The position numbers and the translations under genes were made by a program. From assembly GCA_051294375.1 (NCBI GenBank), contig CM119264.1:10639832-10703831 (forward strand): a stretch of DNA of 64,000 nucleotides, in the 5' to 3' direction. The stretch comes from Paraspadella gotoi. Lineage: Eukaryota > Animalia > Chaetognatha. The number at the start of each line of letters is the position of its first letter. The stretch's first letter is position 1. Of the stretch, positions 38,384-52,635 are shown in pieces. The notes under the pieces were generated by a model, which was not told where the DNA came from, ran no database searches, and was given only the letters and a program-made list of their open reading frames with translations.

Positions 38384-41300
38384 GCGAGGATTTGGGAGAT
38401 GACATATCTCCGAGAATAAAACGGTTGTCCCTTTCTATTTTTCCTACGCTTCATTTTGTTTGGTGTAAATATCTCTCGTTTTCCGATCTTCACCTAACTG
38501 CTTCGAGTCGAGGGTGTGTCGTTCTCCCTTTTCTCTATCTCGCTTTTTTTCAACGCCGCGGGATGGAGCAGAGCGGCGCCGCCTAACGCCTGGCAGCGCC
38601 CCGCAGAGCGCCCGCCGCTCAGTGCCGATAATACATCGGGGATTCAGAGCACGGGGGCGACGGCAGAGGAGGCTGCGGCTGCGGCGGCGGCGGCGGTACC
38701 GCACCGCGAGGGGAGCAGTATCGCCGTCTGTCTTCTTATTTATTTCAGTTCCTTCACCATCTGAGCCAAAACTGGGATCCTGCTTTTTCACTTTTCTCTT
38801 TCTTTCCAAAATTGGGACCACTGTTTTATTGCGATTGTTTTTAGTCCATAAAATGTTAAATTTTTGATCGCTATTCAACGTTTGCTATAAAAATGATATA
38901 GAGCGGTTACTGTACAAAGGTTAAGAGAGTTTTTAATTGAATGTACATAATTTTCCTCTGTTTTATTTTTACTTTTCGCCTGTTTCGGTGCACTAAGAGG
39001 AATTTTTTTGACGATAATAAACTTCACGAATCTATTTAGTGAACATTTTTTGCTTTCTATTGTTTTTTCTGCTTTTCTTTTCCCTTAAATCTAAGATATT
39101 TCAAAATAAATTGTAAATAAATTGTAAATAAATTGTCAAACGAACAACTGTTAACCAACCCGAGCTGCCATCGATTCCAAATTCCCAGTTCCATTATTTC
39201 GGTTCCTTTTTCCGAATCTCAGTCGAAAATTCCGTTTAGTGTCGGGACTTCACACTCAGACTTACCGCCTTCATATTTAAAGTTTGAGCTCTTGTTTTGT
39301 GAAAAACTAAAAGGCACTTTCTCTCTGCTCATTCGAGCGAGGAAAAAAAAACCTAGAGTTCCGCCTCTCTCTCTTTATCTCTCTTTCACCGCCGTCTCCC
39401 CGTCGCTCCATCCCCCTTCCATCCCATAACAAAGACGTTTTTGTCCCGACTCCGTCTTTATTTTTTTCTCTCTTCATTTTTGACAAAAATATTTTCCCTT
39501 TTTTTTCCGCACATTTTCCTCCAAACTCATCGTCGTTCCTTTTACTCCGAAGAGAAGACGGTTCCACGGGCGCTCGGTTCCACGGTTCCATTGGAGTTAT
39601 TTATTGGGCGTGGTCGCGATTCTGCGAAGACCCTTCAAACGTCGATGCTTACGTCAAGCGAAAGAATCTTCGTGAGACGATCACAGTTCATTTTTTTTTT
39701 TTGGCGACGGCAATTTCGAAGGACCGTTTATCACGTCGAGGTGAACTTTTCGTTCGGATTGAACCCTTTTTCCCGGATCCGCTCGTTTGCATTCGCTTCA
39801 CTGTTCAGCGTTCACTTTCGATTGTTGTGCTCTTGGTCTCTTCGTCCTATATCACTGTAGTCAAATACTGATTTAAATATCTTGAAATTTTTTTATAACG
39901 AGGCCATAGGTAAGCTACTCAGACATTTTACGAGATCGGATTAGAGAGGTAACGGGTGGAGTAACTTGTATAAATCGTCTGTAAATTGGCATATCCTCTA
40001 AAGGTTAAATAAATGTTTCAATTAAAAAAAAACCCAAAAAATTCACCTCCGAGTTGGTGGCCCCCAAAAATGTTGACTCCCATCGGTCGCGGCCAATGTA
40101 AACCCCACCTACCGCCGTTTTCTTGCTTTCCCGTGACCCACGTGACCTTCTTGCGGCCTATTTTTTGGGGCCTTCGACGGTGCGCTTTATTGGCAAGCTG
40201 GAGAAGGCCTCCAGTCAATCCTTGCTTTATGCATACTAGTTATCCTGGCCTTGTTGGCATAGCTTAGTATACGCAAATTCGGCGGACAATCCTTATATAT
40301 TTAAAGCTCGTGACGGGCTATTTTGAATATTATTCGATTTACCTTTGCTACCATAGCTATTCCAAGTTGATACAATGCAATCGTCAATGGCCTCTATCCC
40401 AAGTTGGCTCGTGATACCATGGCCTCCATTCTTAGGCGCCATGGCGCCGTACCCTTTCGTGACCCGAGTTTTCTCACCAACATCACTCGTTTTTCATTTT
40501 GTTCAGTTTTTCCTTCTTTTTCCTTTTTTTCTTTCTCCATTTTCCTTCCTCTTGCGTCACCTATTTTTTCCGAGTACCTATTTTCCAATGTTTACGTTTT
40601 CTTTTTCACTTGCTTACTTCCGTACTTAGATTAAATGTCTTTTCTCTTTGTGTTTTTTTATATTATTTTTGCGTCTTGGCTCGTCCTACTTTTTATTTTC
40701 TTTAAAATGCGTTTCCCTTTAAATCCCATTCAAAATGTTCTTTATATTCTTATTTTCTTTTCTCTTCCTCCTTCGTGGTTTAGCTTTATTTTGGATTAAC
40801 TTTTAAACCTTTCTCCAATTTCTTTCCTATTTTCCGAAAACCGTTTTCTTCTTTCTTTCTCACGCGACACCAACTCAAAGAATTCTTCCTTCCCCCCAAT
40901 TTTAAAACATTACGACTCACCCAATTGATTGCCTTACCAGCGTTCCTCCCAATATTTTCCTATTCTTAAAGTCCATCTCCTCATCCTATTCCTTAAACTT
41001 CCCCGCTTCCTTATGTCCCTCTTTCCCCTCTTCCTACTCCCCTTCCTCCTCTTCCCAATCCCCTTCTCTTACCTCCACTCCCCATTCCTCGTTCCCCTTT
41101 ATCCCCTTCCCCGAAGGACGTCTCCCGTTTTATCCTCATTTCCATAACCTCTTTCTCTCACTCGCTTAATTCTTTTACTCGACCTCACCTCGACGACGAA
41201 CCCGTTCGTCCGTCGACCGTGAACCTTACCCCGGACGCGCCTGACCCCGAAACCGGCGCGTCGGGACGAGTGTGTGCCTGGCGAACGGGCGATGGGGTCA

Positions 41301-42190
41301 GCCGAGGGAAAAAGTCGGTCGACGGGTAGGGGATGGAGTAAGAGTATAAAGTAAGAAAAGAAAAGTCTCCATATGGGGAAAGACATCCATTGGGAGATAG
41401 AGATGGTATGTTTCGTGAATATGCAGCAGCCGGGAGAGGAAGAGTTGGAAATGGTTCGGTTCAACGGGTCTGGCTGAGGTAAAAGTGAGGTCGACGACCG
41501 AGCGCGTCGGTTACGGAGTTGCAGGTAAGTATCAATCGAGAAAATGAGTTGCTCAGAAGGTTGAGCTCTCGGGCGTGACGGGAGTGGAGCGCGTTTGGAT
41601 AGTTGAACTCGTCCGCTTCGAGTCTGGGTGTGGCAGAAAAATGATTGAGGGAGAGGCAGGGTCAAAGGTCAATTCATGCGGTGAGACTCTTTGATTAGTG
41701 TGAGACTCACAATGCATAAATATGGCCCAATTCCTGACGAGCGAGGCCAAGGTCAAAATCTGTTTTATGTCTCTCTGTCTTTCTCTCTCTCTCTCTCTCC
41801 AAGTTAAAATATCTAGAAAATCTTTTAAATGTCTGACTTTCAACCATGAAAGAAAACTCCTTATGAATTATTAATCTCCTTCATTTCAAATGCGCCATAT
41901 AACTTGGGTTTCATTTCGTAGTTTTCTTTGTCTTCGTCTCGCGTTTATAGTTGGCCTGCGTCACAGATATGCATTCGCGGCACCACGCCACGCCCCAGAA
42001 TCAAATATGTCTTAACCGCGCCCTTTAACAAAATTTTGAAAAAAAAGAAAATCCGAAGGAGACTCACGGATTCGCGCACGTCGCGCATTGCACACACGCA
42101 TGCACCGCACGCACTTCAGTCCCGCGCCATGCGAGGACTTCCGGCGCGCGCGCACTCACGAGTCGCGTGAATCGGAGGAAAGGCGCGCGC

Positions 42191-42279
<89 letters not shown>

Positions 42280-42573
42280 AGGAAGAGAGCAGAGACGAGG
42301 AGAGAGAGAGAGAGAAAGAGCGACAGAATCAGCGTTTATCGAGTCACACAGTTGGCGCGAAAGAGCGAGCGCGCGCGACAAAGGGATGAAGCGAGGCGCG
42401 CGTTTCAGTGGCAACGTCGTCAACGCCAGAGGAAAGAGGGCGTGGCGGGGAAAGGCGTGGCCGGTTGCGCTGGTGGGCGTGGAAACGTCACGCCCGCTGG
42501 TTTACGATGCTTTCAACTTCCGCTTGATGAAGATCCACTCCTGGATAATTTTTTACGCCGGGTCTCTTTGATG

Positions 42574-42612
<39 letters not shown>

Positions 42613-42836
42613 TCGTCGTCGTCATCAACTTTTAATATTCGTTACTTTGACCATTTTTTTAAAAATTTTGGTCGTCGTCCACTTTTGCCGCCAAACGATC
42701 AAGGTTCCGCGACAAAATGGAAATCTAAGTCGATGATTGCTCATTCTATCTCATCCCGACAATGTTTGACAATTGACATCGTCTCCTCTCTCTCCTCTCT
42801 CTCTCTCTCCTCATCTCTCTCTCTCTCTTCTTCCCG

Positions 42837-42874
<38 letters not shown>

Positions 42875-44619
42875 CGTCTCGATTTACGACATAACGATTT
42901 GGAGTCATGATCTTTCTGATCTCAAAACCGAAAAATTTCTCGCCTTCCTATTGCCTTTTTTTTGGTCTCGAGACTGCCAAGACTCTATTAAAGAATTTTC
43001 GGTCGGTTATTCCTCCAGTCGGTCAAATCATCAATCTTTTCATTTATTGATCTAAATCTTTTTTTTACTTTTACTACTAGCTTATATTAAACATTTTAGA
43101 TAAATTTGAAATATTGCTTTATTAACGACTATCCAAGTTGTTTTTTTACTTTCTCTTTTTACATGTGTATCTCAAACCATAATTTCTCTCTCCCTCTCTC
43201 TCGCTCTCTCTCTCTCTCTCTGTTTCTCTCTTTACTTGTCTCTGTGCTTCAGACTTGACATCTTTTTTTGTCTAAATCGGACGATCAAACAAGTTACGAA
43301 TTAAAAACTAAAATCTAAACTACAAATAACATGATTTTTACATTTTGTCTTTTGCGCCTTTTATTTATTTGTATTCATTTTACCATTAATATGTATATCT
43401 TATGTGAAATTAAAGAATAACATCTAAATTCCTTTTTTCGATTAATAAACTAAATTTTTTAAATACAAATTTTTAACTTTCAAGGACGTATTCTTTTAAT
43501 CTCTTTATTCTTAGAATTAACTCAAAGTCGGGCGTTAAACCTTAAATACTCGAATCGAGTTTATAATAAAGGTTTTTTTTATCCTTTTTTAATCCGTCAG
43601 ATCACGAAAAGCTAAAGATAAGACAAAAAGAATTAAAAAAGAACATGTTTATGCTTTTCTCGACTTTTTTTATTTTACTTTGAAAGTCACTTTCACGGCA
43701 CAATTCTAACGTTCCTTGTTAAGATGCTATATTTATAAAATGATTTAATAGATGATTTAGAAACTCATTTCGTTATATTGTTCACAGCCTCATTCATACA
43801 AAATTTATATTTGAATTTCCGTAGAAAATGTTACTACGACGATTTTGCAAAACATACGTTTGATTTTACGATATAAAGGCGGGCTTGTTTTCATTGATGT
43901 TTGACATGCCTCGGGCTTTCCCCTCCTTTTCTCCTCCTCCTCTTCCTCCTCCTCCTCCTCCTCCTCATCTTCCTCTTCCTCTTTCTTCTCTTCTTTTCTC
44001 ATTAAACGCTCCGACTAATTGATCGAATTTCAATACAAAAATTGTGGAATCATTTAATTTGTTTATTTTTTAATAATTTTTTTTCGCCAGCTTTAATTTT
44101 TTCCGTTCGCGTTGGTGATTTGAGTCACAAACTATAGCCTTTTGTCTTTATTTCTCTATTTCTTCTATTTCCGATTTGTAGATTTTTATCTTTTTCTTTC
44201 TTTTTCCCGAATTTCGAATTTAAAATTGATTTATTATTTACCAATTTATTTCTTACTTGTTTCTCAATTCTTTTATTTTTTATTTTCTCTTCTCTTTATT
44301 CTTTTTTGATTTCTCTAAATATTTTAATCTTTATTCTTTACTGATGTTTGTGTTTATTTCGGATCCACGTTGGTCGACATTAAAAGGGGGAAAAAAGGAA
44401 TCTGTTCCTCCAGTGCGGACTGCGGAACTTAAAGTACTAAAGCCTTTTATCTTCACCTACAACTCGACACAGTTCGGCCTCAATAGAGAAAAAAATATCC
44501 CAACAAGAAACCGAAAGTATTTTTTTTTTTTTCGTTTTTTCTGCCTCAGACTTGGAAATGACAAAAAATGTATGAGTAATACTTAACGCCGCGGGCCCGT
44601 ATTGACATACCGCGTGGCC

Positions 44620-44664
<45 letters not shown>

Positions 44665-45245
44665 CGCTCTAATATAATCTTCTTCGTCTTCAATTCGTCA
44701 TGGTCATCGTCTTTCGATGTGACTAGAAAACTAAGCAAGTCGTTAACCGGTTCAAATAGGAAACAATTTTTATAGAAAGAAGAAACAATCTTTAGTGAAG
44801 TAAGAAACAATTTATTTCAGTCGGCGGAAATTTCGGCCAATCGACAAAAAAGATATTTTCATTTTTATTTTCGTCAGCAATTTTTACGACCATTTACGAT
44901 TGTTAAGGTACACATTTTGATTACGAGACTTATTCTTAAATTCAACTTTAGATTCTATACGCATGCTCGTTTCTGATGCTTGCAACATAGATTTATTTCG
45001 GTGCACGCGTGTATGAGACTGATTCGATAGATTATTTAACATCGGAAGTAAATCCAAACTCGTAAAATTCCAAAATGATTGATACGAGGTTTATTTTCTT
45101 TAACCTACCCTTCGGACTACTGGACCAGTGGCAGGATTTGTTAATGAAGAGCCTTTAATGCCCATGCGACGACCGTTAAAAAGTGGACTTTATGGGATCT
45201 CCCCCTGAGAAAGATTGAAATTAGGAACTGTGCTATCTCATTCAT

Positions 45246-45463
45246 GGCTAAATTTTACTTTCGCCGACCGCGGTTTTGGCTGATTTTGAAAAATTATTTA
45301 AAAATACTTATTTTTTTAAAAAAATTTAAAAGAAATGTTACCCTAACTTTAAACCCTTTTAACCCTAACCACCCCTAACCCAAAACTACCCCTAAACCAC
45401 TCTTAAACCTAACCCCTCAATAACCCCTCCCTAACCCCAGGTCGGCGAAAGTAAAAGTAACCC
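45246..45463. mobile_element. 218-bp MITE with 24-bp imperfect TIRs and telomere-like interior, Merlin-like signature
   Basis: 17-bp perfect inverted core TTTTACTTTCGCCGACC (45253-45269) / GGTCGGCGAAAGTAAAA (45440-45456); termini GG...CC; flanks TCATTCAT (45238-45245) and CCATTCAT (45464-45471) form an 8-bp TSD with one mismatch; degenerate CCCTAA repeats at about 45340-45438. Confidence 0.75.
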
Positions 45464-47213
45464 CCATTCATTTACATTTATTTTAGAATATTGGGAAATC
45501 TAAAAAGGTGAAAATTAAGTTTTAATTTATTCCATAACGTATACTGCTTTGTAGTTAAAAGTCAATTTGCATACAATTTGATTCAAACTGTGTAACTGGA
45601 CGCTAAGATTTAAAAAAAAAATTTAGAAAACGAATGTAATATCGTAAAAAAAAATTTATGTGGTTTATTTAAATTGCTCTTATCTAATTTCATAATAGTT
45701 TTTTTCCTCCATTTTAATTTCATTGGATTGGAATGAAAGAAAGTTTTATATTGTCGTCAAAAATGTTTCCTTCTCTGACTCTCAGATTGCAAGACTCGCG
45801 TTAAGAATTCAACATTTTGTGACGAACGTAAAAAAAAAAACTGTAGGAAAAAGTACCTTGGTGACGTTAGGCTGCGACACGGAATCGAGGCAACGCGTTC
45901 ATTACCTGTGACGATGAAAAACCATAGCATTTGAACGCCACGTTCTATTAAAACATGGACGATATAGGTCGTCACGTGACCCCCTCCCGCCACACGCCAC
46001 GCACGAAATCCGTTTGAGAGAAATTGCGTGAGATTCGATGAGTGGTCGAGGACGACGATAAAGACGACGAGGACGACGACGCCTATGTCGACGATAACAA
46101 TGACAGTGAGCGTCAGCTCCCGCAAAACTCAATGGAATTGCATTAATAACTGCAAATTCAATTTATGGGGTTTTTTTTCCCCGCTCACTCGGTTAGTGAG
46201 ATGGCATGCGCTGGTTTTTTTTTTTTCTTCGTAAGAAACATGAACAAAATATAAGATTATCGAATAATTAAATTATTTTATTTGAAATCTTTTACATTTT
46301 ATATACGCGAAATATTCAGCAATATGCATTACCGTCTATGAACGATAAAAAAAACAAAGCCGAGCGAAGCAAACAAACAAACAAACGATAATTTTAGCCT
46401 CGTTTTCGCCGATAAAAACAAAAGATCGAGGAGTGCATTGACAACGCGAAGATCATTCCTCGAATATAAATTAAGGGTTTGGGATCCTTTAGAAAAAGTG
46501 GATTGGCAAAATCCTATTGGCTTTGGAGTTTCTCTCACTTGAAGTTTTACTAAGCAAACAAGCAAACCGATCCATTACAGAATTTTTGGGTAGAATCTGA
46601 CTTCTTTTAAACGAAGGGATATTTTCAATACCGTTTCATTAGAAACACACACACCAGCGCTCTCTCTCTCTCTCTCTCTCTCACACACTTTCTCTCTTTC
46701 TCTCTTATTTTCTTTCTCATATACTCTGTTTAAATAGAGAGAAAGGGTGAGTTGACATTTTAATTCATTTTTTCAGCTTCAAAATTGTTGGCCGCCGCGT
46801 GTTTGCATTTCTCTTCTTGCCACGAAGACAATTTGCGCAGAAGAGAAGAATTCATGTTAATGAAATTGAAAAGAAAAATGGAGAGACTTGTTGGTGAAAA
46901 GAGAGAGAGCAGAGAGAGAGAGGGAAGAAAGAGGAAGCGCCGACGAGAGACGACGACGAGAACTGCCAATCACGAGATCGAGAGAGAGGGAGATAGCGAT
47001 AGAATCGACGATACGTGAGAGAAGATAGACATTGAGAGAGAGAGAAAATTAACAAAAAGAAAAACATTGAGTGCTTTGGAATAAAAATGCCCACGAGAAC
47101 AAACCGAAAATCCGTTTTACACAAATATAAATTTCTTTTTTATTGGCTCCATTCTTTCGACGAGAACTTCTTTCCTATCGTCGATTCAAAATTCAGAAAT
47201 ACCAAATTTAGCG

Positions 47214-47367
<154 letters not shown>

Positions 47368-48580
47368 CTTACTAACCTCGCCAAAAAAAAAAAAAATCTT
47401 TTTTATCACCGCAAATCGCGAGTTTATACTTTTTTTTCCTTGAGCGAAAAAATAAGCGTTACCTGCTTCTTCGTCTCATTTGCATAAGACTCTTATCCAA
47501 GTTTTGACGTTTCAGTAATATTTCCTTCTCGCTTCCGAACTTTATCACCCTGATCGTTTTCTTCTTCTTTGCTGCTCCTCCTCCTCCTCCTCCACCTCCT
47601 CCTCCTCCTCGTTGCTTTAAAATCTTGACAGTACCTTACCTNNNNNNNNNNNNNNNNNNNNNNNNNCACGTCTACCCTCACTTAAGAACATGGTTCACTT
47701 CGAACCCCGATCGTCGCTCGAAATCTCTCTGTCAAATCTTGCGATATTTTTAACGCATGAAAATTGTAGGATTCTTTTTCCAAATTGTTTTCATATTAAT
47801 ATCTCTAAAATGAGAATGTATTTTTCTCGAAAAAAAAACCAGTTTTTCAAGGTTTGTGAACCGTTTTTTTTTTAATTTATTTGCGAAAGTGTTGAAGCAA
47901 ATCTCTAACGTCAAAGACACAATGATTCGCTCTGTTTGCGGCAGAGTTGCGGCATTTCACCTTCGCTTCTCTTTTGCGAGGATTCGCTATTTTGGCAACG
48001 AAGTCTCAATTTCCTCTGAACAACGAAACAGAAAAAAAAATAGGGCGAAATTCGGTGGAAGAGAAATTGGAACCAAATATGTCGGCGAAGATGACGACGA
48101 CGACGACGGAAAAGACCGACAGCGACGGATGACAATGACGTGAACGAGGATGACAGCAAAGCAGATAAGGATGACAACGACGACGACGGTGAACACATGT
48201 TCCGACGATGTAGAAATAAGATTAAAAACAAACGCCATCATCAGTTTTCATCGGCAGCGAGGACGAATCGATATTAACCTGATGCTAATGGAATTTTCCG
48301 ACCTCCGCCTTGGCTGAGCTCCGTCGTCGTCGTCGTCGTCGTCGTTGTTGGCGTCGTCGTCATCGTTGACGTGGGCGTCGGTGGTCGGTGAAATCGTCGT
48401 CGTCGTCGTCGTTGCTTGATTCCTCTTAATTCTCATTAAATATTCTCCCTTTCCTTTTTTTTCCTTATTTAGCCCTAACGAAAAAGTTCTTTTTCTTCGG
48501 CTGAATTCATTTAGTTTTTTAATTCTGTATTTTTTTTTTCCTATTTACTTCCACTTGTTTGTCTTTTGACTCAATTGATT

Positions 48581-48645
<65 letters not shown>

Positions 48646-49689
48646 GCTCTGTCTGTCGGCCTCCTGGTGCGTTGAAAAAATTTGGAATCCTCGCAGGAAG
48701 TTTCCGGTCAACAAAAATGTGAAACTTTAGCTTTAATATTTTGAACGAAATTAAATTCAGAACTATTTTTTTCGACAAACACGTACATGTGTATTTTTAA
48801 ATAAGACGCATTCATATTCATATTCACTTTTTTCTTCACTTCTTTGTTGGATCTCGTCGACGTATGTATTATCTGTCTTTTCCCGTTTGTCTTTTTGACT
48901 TCTGTTTAAACTTTGATAAAAATATCTAAGTATCTATAATTATATACGTCAACGTCGCCCTTTACCAAAACCATACAAAATAACTCCTGCTATATTTTCA
49001 ATAGTAAATAATTCTTCTAATACTATTTTGTTTTTACTTTCAAGTCCCGCTGTTCAATATTTTTTAGTTGAAATTCATCCCAACTTCAATTTTTTTTTAC
49101 TCCTGTCCAATCACAGCAGCGCGCACACAACGCAATTGCAGCAAGAAAACATCGACCGGGTCCCCTTCCTCCTCTGTTTGCTGTTGTTCCTCCAGCCGAA
49201 CAATATTTACTCACTCTGGTTAGCCGTCGTTGTCGTCGTCGTTGTCATCACCGCCGTCTTCGTCGGCATTGTAAATGTCGTTTGCAAGGCGAGCCGAGGC
49301 TTTTATCAACGCCATCAACGGCGATGATGAAAGGAACATAAAAGCATAAATAAAAAAAGCCACGGAGCGGAAATGGCGTTTTTCTTATGATCGTTTGCGT
49401 TAAATTGGTCACAACGAAAACCCCCTTCCGCGAATTGATAGGCTACAGTTAATTTCTTTTGCTTTCCAAATCTTGACCTTATTTCTCACGCGAAATGAAT
49501 TAAAGTTGGCTCGCTCTCTGGTACCTCCTTTTTAGGTTTGAATCAATCCCGTCCTTTCACAGCTTTGTATATTTCGCGTCTCAATTTTTATTTCTCTTTT
49601 TCACACATTACTAATTTATCGATTAATCTCGGTTTTTTCTTTGGGTTGACTTCGTTTGTCAATCTCACAACCGACGGCGTCGTCGTTGG

Positions 49690-49905
49690 TTTATTTCTTG
49701 CAGTTTATGGCAACGGGAGGAATGCCTGTGATACCCGGGCGAGGTCTATTTCACCAAATGGCGTAGGGGCTGTGGACCCACAGTGACCGCCTCTTTTCAC
49801 GTTTAGATCGACTCCGTAACATTTAAGCCGAACCGGGAAGCCCAGGGATTGAACCCGGGACGCACGTTTGAAACGAGATGATTTAACCTGCTCAGCCATT
49901 GAGAC
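49690..49905 (-). mobile_element. tRNA-derived SINE-like element, about 216 bp
   Basis: Minus strand: Pol III A box TGGCTGAGCAGG (49898-49887), B box GGTTCAATCCC (49855-49845) in a T-arm-like stem CCGGG/CCTGG, then an unrelated body ending AAGAAATAAA. Acceptor stem does not pair, so not an intact tRNA. Only one copy in the window. Confidence 0.6.
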
Positions 49906-50551
49906 GAGGCTGATGACGGAGTGCGGTGAGGCAGCTTTGAGTCCGGCTGCCACACGTTCTTCATTTCATTAACGTTTGTTTGCTTACGTAAAGTTCAAAG
50001 TCGGTAAAATCTTAAAGGCTAAACATTAATTGGTTTTTGTGCTGTGATTATGCTCATTGTTCATGAAATATACAGTAGGGTAGAGTGATGAAAAGATTGA
50101 GCGATCGAACATTATTTTTTTGCAGTCGCTTTGTACATGCACTTAATAAAATTTAAATCCTGAAAAAAAATTTTTTTAGCAGAACATTATGGCAAAATCT
50201 ATTTTTTCTATATATCCGTATAAAACCATAAAATTTTTGCTGGTTTTAAAGTTTTTCCATCGCCCTTTATACATTACATTATAGTTTATACATGTAATAT
50301 TTTTTTGACGACATAAATTCTGACTACGTGGTCCTTGTTCACTTTTTCTCATTGTTCATTGCTTAGTTTATTACATATTGAACGCTCAGTTCCGGGTTAA
50401 TGGTATTACAGTTCATTCGGACTCGATTCATCGTCACTATTGTCATAGCCTTGTCATTGTCATTGTCATTGTCTCGGTTTGTGTCGTCAATATTTTCGTC
50501 ATCTCTGTTTTTCTCTTTTTTCGTTCATTATCGTCGCGTTGGTCGACTAAG

Positions 50552-50558
50552 TTATCGT

Positions 50559-50590
<32 letters not shown>

Positions 50591-50758
50591 TTTGAGAACT
50601 CACTTCCATCGATTCGGCAAAGAATCCGCTGCCGCCGCCGCCTCCGCTGCCGCACGCCGCGTTGCTGCGGCTACAGCAGCTGCATCCTTCGAGGCGATTT
50701 TGGCAAAGGCTCGGTTCGATTCTGCAGCGGCGGCGGAGGCGGCGACGGCTGCGTCGAG
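50552..50758 (+). CDS. Candidate frame-preserving 207-nt Ser/Ala-rich exon upstream of PTB (..LRTHFHRFGKESAAAAASAAARRVAAATAAASFEAILAKARFDSAAAAEAATAAS)
   Basis: Pyrimidine tract 50500-50530 then first AG at 50550-50551; donor GAG|GTGAGG; phase 2-2; poly-Ala uses mixed codons (GCT/GCC/GCA/GCG). Confidence 0.4.
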
Positions 50759-50794
50759 GTGAGGATCGTGAATTACGAATCAGGAGCGATTTCT

Positions 50795-50804
50795 AGCCAA
50801 TCAG
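50795..50804 (+). promoter_or_regulatory. CCAAT (NF-Y type) box AGCCAATCAG, 50 bp before a candidate start exon
   Basis: Match to the RRCCAATSRG consensus, followed by GTGACG/TTGACG half-sites. Confidence 0.35.
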
Positions 50805-50853
50805 CGTAACGCGTGACGAAAACTTTGACGAATAGTAAGCCGCCGATCGGGAG

Positions 50854-50871
50854 ATGTTGGTCGAAAGCAAG
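50854..50871 (+). CDS. PTBP: Candidate alternative first coding exon of PTB (MLVESK|)
   Basis: gagATG TTG GTC GAA AGC AAG|GTGAGG: strong phase-0 donor followed by a long (CT)n tract; in phase with acceptors at 53208 and 53550. Confidence 0.35.
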
Positions 50872-50894
50872 GTGAGGGTGGCTTAAACGCCAAC

Positions 50895-50999
<105 letters not shown>

Positions 51000-51094
51000 T
51001 TAGTTTAAGCGAACGTTTCTTTTCTTTTTGTATTTTTTTTACAGCAGTTTTTGTTTTATTAAAAGAGTCGCACACTCAGCGATTGTCGACTTTT

Positions 51095-51179
<85 letters not shown>

Positions 51180-51467
51180 GCGCGCCGCGAAACCACACTT
51201 TCCGCATTTCTAGTTTCGTGAATTTTCGTCGCCGGAACCTCTCGCTCTCTCTCTCTCTCTTTCTGCCCTAAAAAGGAAAAAAGAGAGGATGCTTCTCGTC
51301 TTCGTTAAAACTTCTCACTTACTCGATAATTCCACTGGAATTCTTTCATTATGCGTTTCTTTGATTCTTCCTTTTTACTTTTTATTTTCCTCCTGAATTT
51401 TTTTATTTTTTATTGTTTATTCTCCTTTTTTTCCTACTTTTACTTAAGTCACTCTCTTGTTCTCTCT

Positions 51468-51527
<60 letters not shown>

Positions 51528-52342
51528 CTTTCTTTCTTTCCATCTTTTTTCCTCGCTCTTTTTCCATCCGACAACAACGAAAATCGTTACTAATCCGTTT
51601 TGTTTTTATTTTGTGTTGCAGCTTTTTAGATCTTCATCTGTCTTTTAAGCTTTTTTTTTCTTCTCTTCATCTTTGAATCGCGGGGAACGGAGGAACGAAA
51701 CATAAGAACAACGGATCGAAGGGGAGGAAAGGAGATAAAAAGCGCCTCCTATGGATCGATTCCACCGACCAACTCGGATTAACGATAAAACACCCGAGAA
51801 ATAATAAGCGAAGACAAAAGACATAACCCGCAACCAATGGCAATAAAACAAATATATGTATAAAGCGATAAAAAAAAATATATATAAACCGTGGATCGAC
51901 TCATCCCCTTCCTCGAAAAGCGACACCTGGTGAAAGATTTTTTGTTCGTCCTTTCGTCTCTCGGATTCGACCAAAAAAGGTTTTTTCGCTATCCCCCGCC
52001 AACCCCCGCCGCCCTTTTGCCGACCCAGACGCCGCCTCCGTCGCCCCTAGGCCGGCCAAACTCTACCACTTTCCCTCCGCCAAGCCAACTTTTTTGTCTT
52101 TCTCTCTCTCTCTCTCTTTTATCTCTCTCTCTCTCTCTCTGTGTTTCACTCTATCACTTACTCTCTCAGTCTCCGCCGGGTGTGGAATTTCCTTCGCATT
52201 TCCAACAATTCGTTTCTTACTTTCTTTTTACTTTTTTGCCTTTTTTTTCTATCGCTTTGTCTCTTTCCATCTCTCCCTTCTTAATTTACTTCTTGTTTTT
52301 CTTTTCTTCAACTAAGCAACGGAAATATTTGTTCCTTTCTCT

Positions 52343-52487
<145 letters not shown>

Positions 52488-52564
52488 TCCGTTTCCCTTT
52501 GGATAAATAAAAGAAACAACCGAAACGTAAGCGACAACCGAAAGAAACGAAACTAGAATTGATT

Positions 52565-52635
52565 TATGGTGACGTGGAAGAAATGAGCGTGACGTCGTCT
52601 TGACGCCATCAACCGTTCCGCCGCCGACGCCTCAG
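52565..52635 (+). promoter_or_regulatory. Cluster of TGACG (CRE/ATF-like) half-sites, possible proximal PTB promoter
   Basis: gtgacgtgg, gtgacgtcg and ttgacgcca within 45 bp, about 330 bp upstream of ATG 52928. Confidence 0.25.

Noticed and set aside
49840-49905. Functional tRNA or tRNA-Sec (TTCAAA in the middle)
   Set aside because: Acceptor stem does not pair, anticodon arm is malformed and there is no long variable arm.
49870-49930. Hammerhead ribozyme (GAAAC ... CTGATGA on +)
   Set aside because: Stems I-III and the NUH site cannot be formed.
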